The translations under genes and the position numbers were made by a program. The notes under the pieces are model-generated. The model worked only from the letters and a program-made list of their open reading frames with translations. It did not search any database and had not been told where the DNA came from. A DNA stretch of 64,000 nucleotides. It comes from an uncultured Planctomycetaceae bacterium. Its GTDB lineage: Bacteria; Planctomycetota; Planctomycetia; Planctomycetales; Planctomycetaceae. Positions 57,501 through 64,000 of this stretch are shown in pieces. The stretch lies in contig CAWFAK010000005.1 in NCBI GenBank assembly GCA_963813715.1, positions 1,440,001 to 1,504,000 of the forward strand, read 5' to 3'. The number at the start of each line of letters is the position of its first letter. Positions within the stretch are counted from its first letter, which is position 1.

Positions 57501-58985
57501 GGCGACGTGCGATTTGCCGACGGGCTGAGCGCGCTCGACCTGGTTCGCCGCGTGCGAAAAGATCGCCGCCTGGCGGCCGAGATCGATCGGTCGCTGCCCG
57601 ATCCGTGGCCGGCCGAACGGCCCCAGACTCAGGTCGAAAACAACACCGGCGCCGGCCCCAATTTCTTTCCGCTGCCGATGGAGAGCACGGCCGGCAGCGT
57701 CTTCGAGCGGATGGACGTGGCCCTCGATCGCGAAGGGAAGACGCTGCGATTCCAGGGAGAGCCGCGGCCCACGTCGTGGGACCTGACACTGCCCGTCGAC
57801 ACGCCGCCCTTTCGCGGGTTTCAGACGATTCATCGCGGCTGGGGAATCGGGCAGCTCCTGATCGTGCAGGACGGCGGCGATCTCTACGGCGTCACCCCGC
57901 TCGACGACGGCGGCGAGGCCAACCCGCGGCTGTTGTGGCACATCGACCTCTTGCCGGCCGAAGAAGTGGCGGCGAGCGAGATTGCGCTGCCGATGGGCCG
58001 CGGAATCGCCGGGCTGTTTACCGACCGCAGCTCGATGATCGATCATCTCGGGCGTCCGGCGGCGAAGATCGTGGCCGTGCAGCCCGGCGCCATCTGCTGT
58101 CTCGATCGCGGACGCCTGACCGCCTACGACCCGCTCACCGGGCGTCTGTTGTGGCGGAGAACCGATGCGTCACCGGTCGACTCGGGTTCGGGGGACGAAT
58201 CACTTGTCGTCCTCTTGGACCGTCGGGCCAAGCGGGTCGAGTTTCTCCGCACGCTCGACGGCAAGCGGATCGCCGAGCGCCAGCTGGCCGCCAAGAGCTC
58301 GGAGGTGCACTGGCTCGAAGGCCGCGACGCCCTGATTCAGTCGGTCGACCCGCGCGGGATGCGGGTCACGCGGATGGATCTGCTGGCCAACGAGATCAAA
58401 TGGACTCAGGTCTTCGCCGCCGCCAGCCATCTCGTGCAGCTCGACGGGCGTCGTTACGCGGTGGCGGAGCCCGATGGCGCGTGCCACCTGATCAGCGCGA
58501 CGACGGGTGACCGGGTCACCACCGAAAACATTCCGGGCGTCGAGCACTGCCTGCAGGTTTACACGACGAGCGACGAACGGCGATTCTACGTCGCCTTCTC
58601 CAAGCCGTTCGCCGATTCGGAGAACTTTCGAGCAAACGGCCAGCGCGACAACGCGCGGAACCCGCTGGTCAACGGCATCATCTGCGCCTTCGACCGGCAG
58701 TCCGACAAGCTGCTCTGGAGCCGCCGCCTGGACGACGGTGTCTTCGAGCTCGACCAATCGCGCGTGGCCCCGGCCCTCGTCTTCTCCTATCGTCACATCG
58801 ACAAGGGAGACGACGACGTCCCCTGGCCCTACCTGCACGCCATCGACAAGCGCACGGGCCGCGATCTGATCCTGGCAAAGCTGAACAGCTCAGCGACCCA
58901 CCCGTGGTCCGAAGTCGACACAACCCGCCGCGAAGTCCAGGTCCGCGTGCCGGAAGCGACGGTCCACATCCAGTACGCGAAGTGA
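54501..58985 (+). CDS. Large secreted PQQ-like beta-propeller / TPR-like protein, broken by several apparent frameshifts
   Basis: Consecutive overlapping ORFs with repeated AxDxxTGxxxW blades (AYELATGRSLW, AFDWLTGKQVW, AYDPLTGRLLW, AIDKRTG) and helical repeats; start uncertain. Confidence 0.75.
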
Positions 58986-59024
58986 GGCGCGAGCGTTCAT
59001 TCCGTCCCGGTCGTGGGGGCGCAT

Positions 59025-59061
59025 CCTGGACGAGAGTTGCGGATTGGGACGGTAGTCCAGG
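59025..59061. repeat. Array hairpin module, divergent copy
   Basis: CCTGGAC-N23-GTCCAGG, with a spacer homologous to the other copies. Confidence 0.7.
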
Positions 59062-59067
59062 GCCATG

Positions 59068-59322
59068 TTAGGGACTTAGGCGCCGGATGATGTTACTGAT
59101 CGTGTCGTAGACTTGCGGATTTCTTCCGGCCAGCCATTCGACCGGCGCATAAAAGTACGCCACAGCCCGGCATACGGATCCCCCGTCGGCGACGGCTCCA
59201 TAGTGGAGAAGCCATCTGAGCGCGACCGCTGATGGGACGACGCTGAAAGTGTAAATGAATGCCACAGCCGGAGCCGCCCAGCCGATCCACGCCCACGACC
59301 GTTTCCTCGGTTCGTCGCTCAT
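59068..59322 (-). CDS. Small membrane protein MSDEPRKR...
   Basis: GCCGCTAGAATGACGGC-ATG start; basic N-terminus, TM, YTFSVVP...FYAPVEW motif shared with 62843-63092. Confidence 0.75.
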   Translation of the reverse strand: MSDEPRKRSWAWIGWAAPAVAFIYTFSVVPSAVALRWLLHYGAVADGGSVCRAVAYFYAPVEWLAGRNPQVYDTISNIIRRLSP

Positions 59323-59945
59323 GCCGTCATTCTAGCGGCGGATTGGTGCCATTCTCGTATCCCAGGTCCATGTGCAGCGACCTGGTCCGGTACTGACGTG
59401 CCTAGGCATGGTGAGGGTCGCCGGGAAGTGCGAATCGATCGGGTCTTAAGACGCCGCCAACGAAGGATCGTCAACGAAAATCTCGCGCGACCGGGCGGGT
59501 CCGCCGAAATTCGGTCAACAGGCATCCCCTATACCAGGAGAGGTTGTACGGACCGCATTTTCAAAAGGAGCGTCCGGACCAGCCCCTCTCTCCGATTGCA
59601 GCCCGTCGGGCCTGTTTTCGACCTTGGCCTTTCCGACCTGGGACTTCCCCGTGTCGCGTCCCAATCTGTCCCGTCCCGACCTGCGATCGGAGGTTCGGTC
59701 ACGAATTTCGTGGGTCACCTTACCGTGAAAAAATTCGTGACCCAACCCACCGTGTTTTCCCCTATGCCATTTCGCTCTACCCCATTCCGCTCAACCCCCG
59801 CGCGCAAAGAGTCCGCTCTCTCCATTCAGCCACAAAAACGAGATCCGTCCAAGATCAGTTTTCTTGGAATCCGCGATTGTGGATCCGCATCGTCGAGTGG
59901 GACTGCGGCATCGATTCCTGGACTCAAGCCCCGCCACTGAATTTG

Positions 59946-60042
59946 AGCCCCGCCAAGGGGCGTCAGAAAATAGCCCAGCGTTTCAACCCTAGCTAAGCCG
60001 GCCCACAAAAAAGTCTCCGAAGCCCCGCCAGGGGCGACAGAA
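59946..60042. repeat. Short direct repeat pair with internal palindrome
   Basis: AGCCCCGCCAAGGGGCGTCAGAA (59946-59968) and AGCCCCGCCAGGGGCGACAGAA (60021-60042). Confidence 0.7.
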
Positions 60043-60095
60043 CGCTCGTTTCCCACGAGTTCCGAGCGTCGCGAGATGGCTGTGTTTCGCCGGTT

Positions 60096-61544
60096 TTAGG
60101 GCGAACGAAGCGATTCAAAGAGCGGCGCCCGTTTTGTTGCCCCGCGTTTTGTGGCATCCGGGTCCGTGACTGATCCGAGCATTTGCCGCACGATGTCGCC
60201 GACGTCCTGCCGTAGCGTCGGCGAGTAACCGACTCGCAAATCATGGACATTTCCCCGCTGGTCGATGATCACCAGAGTTGGAAAGCCCGGCACGCCGTAC
60301 TTGTTTGGCAGATCCTGTCTGACTTTGAGAGTCGCATAATTGAGCCCTGCCTTCTCGACGACGAACTGGGCGTCGGCTACATCCGTGTCGGTGTTCATAC
60401 CGAGCACGACCACAGGTTGTCCCTGAAAGTCTGCCACCAACCCTTTGATTTGAGGCATCGCCCGGATGCACCAGCCGCAGCCCCGATACCAGAAGTCGAG
60501 GATCACGATCTGGCCCCGATACGCCTTGAGAGAATGCAGCTTGCCCTCGAGGTTCCGAGCTTCCCAGTCGGCCGCTGGGTGTCCGACGATCTCTGCCCGG
60601 CGATTCGCGTCGTGGATTGAGCGCGCTGCCAGGTCGTCGTGGCTCTTGAGCTGCTGATCCAATTGCCGCTTCACGATCGGAACGCTTGCCGCTTGACGGG
60701 CCTCCACGAGCAGCGCCTTCGCCTCATCCAGCAGCCTCTTGCTGGAATTCTTATCTCTTGATGCTTGTCGGATCCTTTCCTTGTAGGCACGGTCGGCCTG
60801 GAAGTAGTGCTCGGCCTGTTCCGACAGCTGCTTGATCCACTGCGCGTCGCGGTCTTCGACTGATACCAGTTCCGCAGTCCCGTTTCCTTTGCCTTTGAAA
60901 CCCCAGCCCTCGGTGTCCTCGTGTCGTTCCTTCGTGACGAGGCCGCGCTTCCAATCGAATGTCACCGTGCGTGTATGTGTCCTGAGACGGACCTCGTCGG
61001 TCAAGCTTTTGCGCCGCTCCTCGAAAATCCAGGCGCCGGCCTTGGTCTCGGAATTCGAGACGACCCTGAAAGACGAACGCCCGCCCTCGTTCTCGTCGAT
61101 TCTCTCCCAGACACTCGCGACCTCCATGCGATTGGCGGGCAGTCGTGGAAACAGGTACGTCGGATCGATGCCGGCGCTTAAAGACGGATTCGGGACGAAC
61201 CGCCCGTCGCTGAAGATGTCGCAGTAGACCAAAGGGGATTCAGCGGAGGGGCGATCCTTGCCATCGCGACGGAACGACTCCGCAGTTCGGATCACGACGC
61301 GGTGACTGCCGTCGTCGTTCTTTCGGAGAACCCAAATTTTCCACTCTTTGTGGACCTCGAAACGGCCGCCTTCGAATTTGAAGTCGTTGCTGCTCGCGTA
61401 CGTGATCTCCCGGCCGACCTCGAGACGGTAGCGGGGCAAGGCAGCGTCGGGATCCGTAACAACGGCAACTGGCATTTGGCTTGCCGACGCGAGCCCCGCA
61501 AGCAACCCGACGAAAACGTGCCAAGAGGGAATCGACCGAGCCAT
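60096..61544 (-). CDS. Secreted TlpA-like thiol-disulfide oxidoreductase with large N-terminal domain
   Basis: Signal-like N-terminus; SLKAYRGQIVILDFWYRGCGWC (CxxC), YGVPGFPTLVIID. Confidence 0.85.
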   Translation of the reverse strand: MARSIPSWHVFVGLLAGLASASQMPVAVVTDPDAALPRYRLEVGREITYASSNDFKFEGGRFEVHKEWKIWVLRKNDDGSHRVVIRTAESFRRDGKDRPSAESPLVYCDIFSDGRFVPNPSLSAGIDPTYLFPRLPANRMEVASVWERIDENEGGRSSFRVVSNSETKAGAWIFEERRKSLTDEVRLRTHTRTVTFDWKRGLVTKERHEDTEGWGFKGKGNGTAELVSVEDRDAQWIKQLSEQAEHYFQADRAYKERIRQASRDKNSSKRLLDEAKALLVEARQAASVPIVKRQLDQQLKSHDDLAARSIHDANRRAEIVGHPAADWEARNLEGKLHSLKAYRGQIVILDFWYRGCGWCIRAMPQIKGLVADFQGQPVVVLGMNTDTDVADAQFVVEKAGLNYATLKVRQDLPNKYGVPGFPTLVIIDQRGNVHDLRVGYSPTLRQDVGDIVRQMLGSVTDPDATKRGATKRAPLFESLRSP

Positions 61545-61561
61545 CGGGCGCTCCTCAGCTT

Positions 61562-61633
61562 CATGCTGCCATTCTAGCCTCGGCAGTGAGGCCGCATCCT
61601 GAGCGAAAGTTGCGTTGGACACGGGAGTTTGGA
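61562..61633. repeat. Array intergenic module, degenerate copy with internal deletion
   Basis: On the - strand: AACTCCCGTGTCCAACGCAACTTTCGCTCAGGATGCGGCC...GCTAGAATGGCAGCATG. Confidence 0.7.
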
Positions 61634-61637
61634 AAAG

Positions 61638-61931
61638 TCAGCCGCAATTAATTCTGGCCGGCCGTCGCAGCCAATCTCTGATTCCAATGAGTAGACCGAA
61701 GATCCCGCCGATCGATGCCTGCCACAAAACGGTCGTCCAGCGCCGCGGCGGAATCAGGAAAGAAGTCCGGCCGACGATTGCGCCGATGATTACGATGTTG
61801 CTAGCGATGTCCCAAGCGGCATTTTTCAGAGGGCGCGCCGGCTTACGTTTGGGCTCTACTTCCAGGCTGACAACCGCAACGGGCTGCCAGCACGATTCGA
61901 CTGAGTCGAGTCTCTTCGGTTCGTCGTTCAT
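61638..61931 (-). CDS. Small 2-TM protein MNDEPKR...
   Basis: Starts at a GAATGACGGC-ATG junction; two hydrophobic segments. Confidence 0.68.
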   Translation of the reverse strand: MNDEPKRLDSVESCWQPVAVVSLEVEPKRKPARPLKNAAWDIASNIVIIGAIVGRTSFLIPPRRWTTVLWQASIGGIFGLLIGIRDWLRRPARINCG

Positions 61932-61935
61932 GCCG

Positions 61936-62478
61936 TCATTCCGGGGGCGAGTTTTGTGTCGGTCCACGGACTTCTGATTTTGGCTCTCGTGCGGTGAGGA
62001 GCCAGGCGCCCGCTTGCTTTCGGAATCCAAATAGTTGAACCACTTTATCTTTGCTCCTCGGAGAGCGAGGCGTCCAGATCGTGTGGATCGCCGCTTGCAA
62101 GTGGCGGGCGGTCCTCGCCGGGACCGCGACGCGGAAGATGAGACATCGCCGTCCCGTTCGGCCCGGCTCCCAGTCCTCTCCCGTCCACGCTAAGCGCTCG
62201 GACCAGGTGAATTCAGGTGAAGCCCGATACGCAGAGCCGGTCACGGTTTTGTTGTATCCGAACGGCCATGCGAAGCCGCCGTCAGCCGTCCAACGGATCG
62301 GACGATGCGGGCTGATCCAATGATGGCAGCAGCCGACCTCGGCATACACCTCGGTGCGCGCCTCCGCCGCCGCGTCTGCCGCCTCTGCCAAGAGTGTGCG
62401 GATCGCGACCTCCCAGAGTTGGGGATCGTCGTCAGCCGAGAGGTGTTCGGCAATGATTGCGAGGGCGGCGTTGCTCAT
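61936..62478 (-). CDS. Soluble hypothetical protein (180 aa, Trp-rich)
   Basis: Co-oriented ORF whose TGA stop is the TGA of the next junction motif. Confidence 0.62.
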   Translation of the reverse strand: MSNAALAIIAEHLSADDDPQLWEVAIRTLLAEAADAAAEARTEVYAEVGCCHHWISPHRPIRWTADGGFAWPFGYNKTVTGSAYRASPEFTWSERLAWTGEDWEPGRTGRRCLIFRVAVPARTARHLQAAIHTIWTPRSPRSKDKVVQLFGFRKQAGAWLLTAREPKSEVRGPTQNSPPE

Positions 62479-62522
62479 GCCTGCACAAACCCATTCAGTA
62501 GCCCCACCAGCCGCTCATGCGG

Positions 62523-62753
62523 TCATTCCCGGTGGTTGGCACGGAAGTTTATCGCGGCGCATTGGAACCAGCGGATAGCGGTTGAGACACTCAGCCAAAT
62601 GAGAACGAGGAACAAGGCGTCGAACGGCAACCAAAATAAGATTTCGCCGCCCACATGAAGGGTGTTAATCTTGAAGAACCGTCCGGCGCAGTCGCAGCAT
62701 GCGCCCAGAGCGCTTGCATAGAGTAATAACCTGCTCGGCTGCGGGATCCTCAT
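62523..62753 (-). CDS. Small 2-TM protein MRIPQPS...
   Basis: Flanked by TAGAATGACGGC-ATG upstream and GAATGACCGC-ATG downstream (stop codon inside the motif). Confidence 0.68.
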   Translation of the reverse strand: MRIPQPSRLLLYASALGACCDCAGRFFKINTLHVGGEILFWLPFDALFLVLIWLSVSTAIRWFQCAAINFRANHRE

Positions 62754-62845
62754 GCCGTCATTCTAGCGGCGGATTTCCGCGCACGGAAAACCCCGGGTAA
62801 TCGGCCGCACCCTGAACGAAAGTGGGCGATTGACACGGGAGTTCA
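62751..62845. repeat. Array intergenic module, full copy 1
   Basis: About 90% identical to 63556-63651 by manual alignment (~8 substitutions, 1 indel). Confidence 0.9.
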
Positions 62846-63092
62846 TGGATCAGTGACTGACTTAGTCCACCAATAAAGGTATCGGTTCCTCGCGGTTTGC
62901 AGTGGCCTTTAAGAGACGCGTCACCCATTTAATGGGCCAGTAGATGATCTGATAGGGTTTGAGAACCAGACCGGTGTCGTCGACACAATTGAGCAAAGTC
63001 GCTGGCCCGTACGTAGCCGGGTACAGCGCAAACAGCAAAAGCACGACCCACCAGATCCACGGCCGCGCTCGTTTCTTCGGTTCGTCGCTCAT
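62843..63092 (-). CDS. Small membrane protein MSDEPKKR..., probable frameshift near 62890
   Basis: The called ORF stops at 62862, but the alternative frame reads NRYLYWWTKSVTDP and stops at 62843, exactly at the repeat boundary; paralog of 59068-59322. Confidence 0.72.
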
Positions 63093-63096
63093 GCCG

Positions 63097-63339
63097 TCAC
63101 TTCCGGAGCGACCTCAGGTCGGCGACGAGTCCGAGGGTTCCAAGTAGCGAGGCAGCGGCAGCAGCCAGGATCAATCCGGAATCGCGTTGAGCGATACCAA
63201 CGCATAATAAGATCATGGCACCGCCGAATCCCGAGATCCAATACTTGATCCACCTCATCGCGCCCCACGGCTTCGGGTCTAGTGCGTTGTTGGATTGCCA
63301 GCGGGCTTCCGTGGCTTCGTGGTCGGGAGGGTCATTTAT
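63097..63339 (-). CDS. Unannotated 80-codon 2-TM ORF with ATA in place of ATG (possibly decayed)
   Basis: TGACGGC-ATA AAT GAC CCT...; translates INDPPDHE...MRWIKYWISGFGGAMILLCVGIAQRDSGLILAAAAASLLGTLGLVADLRSLRK; its stop is the TGA of the next junction. Confidence 0.65.
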   Translation of the reverse strand: MNDPPDHEATEARWQSNNALDPKPWGAMRWIKYWISGFGGAMILLCVGIAQRDSGLILAAAAASLLGTLGLVADLRSLRK

Positions 63340-63369
63340 GCCGTCACGCTTGCGGTTGGCACGGGGACT

Positions 63370-63558
63370 TCAGCGGCTGCGTCGGGCCACTCGGAAGGCG
63401 AAAGCGAGATTGAAACCGAAGAAGACCGTTGCTCCGACCAGCGCCGCTGGAGTAGGAGAGCCCGTTGGGCCGTGCGAGAACTTCCACATTGCCCAAGAGG
63501 CGATGCCCGTGGCCACGGACAGCCAGTGCCACACCGGATGGCGGTTCTCGTCGCTCAT
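63370..63558 (-). CDS. Small 2-TM protein MSDENRHP...
   Basis: GCCGCTAGAATGACGGC-ATG start; two hydrophobic segments. Confidence 0.68.
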   Translation of the reverse strand: MSDENRHPVWHWLSVATGIASWAMWKFSHGPTGSPTPAALVGATVFFGFNLAFAFRVARRSR

Positions 63559-63651
63559 GCCGTCATTCTAGCGGCAGATTTCCGCGCATGGAAAACCCCC
63601 GGGTCATGGGCCGCACGCTGAACGAAAGTTGGCGATTGCCATGGGAGTTCA
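63556..63651. repeat. Array intergenic module, full copy 2
   Basis: Runs exactly from the TGA of the upstream gene (63649-51) to the ATG of the downstream gene (63556-58). Confidence 0.9.
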
Positions 63652-63855
63652 GCGGCGCAGATTGACCGCTTCAAGATAGTGGATCAACTGATCGACGTGC
63701 AGGGCCTCTTTGAGTCGGTGCGTTCCGATGAAGACGTGTTCCAGATAAGCCAAGCTGAGGAGCAGAACCGGTACGAGCAGGATGCAACAAGCGACCATCA
63801 ACGGCGATCCGATCAATCGGACGAATGAAGGAGATTTTGCGTCGTCTGTGCTCAT
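63649..63855 (-). CDS. Small single-TM protein MSTDDAKS...
   Basis: GACGGCGGC-ATG start; one TM; stop codon is the first 3 nt of the repeat module. Confidence 0.65.
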   Translation of the reverse strand: MSTDDAKSPSFVRLIGSPLMVACCILLVPVLLLSLAYLEHVFIGTHRLKEALHVDQLIHYLEAVNLRR

Positions 63856-63891
63856 GCCGCCGTCCTCAGTATGGCGCGGGAGTTCGACCGC

Positions 63892-63999
63892 TCACTCGCG
63901 AGCGCCAGAAGGGAGCCACCCGAGCCAGCCCTCGCGTTCGAGCCACACATAGAGCGCGGTCATTGCGACCAGAACGAGCAAGGGAATGACAAGCTGCAT
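63892..63999 (-). CDS. 3' part of another small membrane protein (probably truncated by the window edge)
   Basis: Reads MQLVIPLLVLVAMTALYVWLEREGWLGWLPSGARE-stop, followed by GAACTCCCGCGCCAT, the module start motif. Confidence 0.5.
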   Translation of the reverse strand: MQLVIPLLVLVAMTALYVWLEREGWLGWLPSGARE

Positions 64000-64000
64000 T

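Larger units (their letters stand above)
58995..64000 (-). other. Array of small gene cassettes with conserved junction and intergenic repeats (continues beyond the window)
   Basis: At least ten co-oriented ORFs; TGACGGC-ATG-like junctions at 59320, 61562, 61929, 62516, 62751, 63090, 63337, 63556, 63853; repeat modules at 59025, 61562, 62751, 63556. Confidence 0.75.

Noticed and set aside
62830..62860. TTGACA in the module as an antisense -35 box
   Set aside because: No -10 at the right spacing, and the hexamer is not conserved in the other copies (TTGCCA, TGGACA).
62751..63651. Array repeats as canonical integron attC sites or a CRISPR array
   Set aside because: No full-length attC palindrome with RYYYAAC/GTTRRRY ends and no intI in the window. 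The units between repeats are whole genes of variable length, not 30-40 bp spacers, and there are no cas genes.

Overview
High-GC bacterial DNA, almost certainly from a planctomycete (DUF1559 prepilin-like gene, LEER-xLL extracellular motif, BBP7-like barrel, planctomycete-type palindromic repeats). Most of the window is ordinary chromosome: sodA, a two-component pair, hpnE, an ABC-2 exporter, thiC, rarD, mutS, prs, serC, pyrE, an L,D-transpeptidase and several secreted or Tat proteins. At least a dozen genes carry apparent single-base frameshifts, most likely long-read assembly errors. Three accessory signals stand out. (1) From about 59.0 kb to the window end, unrelated small, mostly membrane-protein genes form a same-strand array. 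They are joined by a conserved (GAA)TGACGGC-ATG junction and a ~95-bp intergenic module containing a covarying 7-8 bp stem around a 23-nt spacer and a TAGAAT leaderless-type -10 box. A solo gene with both boundary motifs sits at 43.0-43.4 kb. This looks like a non-canonical gene-cassette system; its recombinase is not in the window. (2) A complete IS110-family (IS1111-like) element at 45.6-47.0 kb is inserted into a genomic repeat, and its 3' non-coding region carries readable candidate target and donor guides (bridge/seekRNA). (3) Three paralogous small secreted precursors (signal peptide, conserved pro-region ending in RG, Gly/Ala/Ser/Val core) lie at 14.8-16.6 kb, and a FapF-like barrel plus FapD-like C39 peptidase pair lies at 31-33.4 kb, suggesting a Fap-like peptide/amyloid export system. 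All assignments are by eye; no searches were run.
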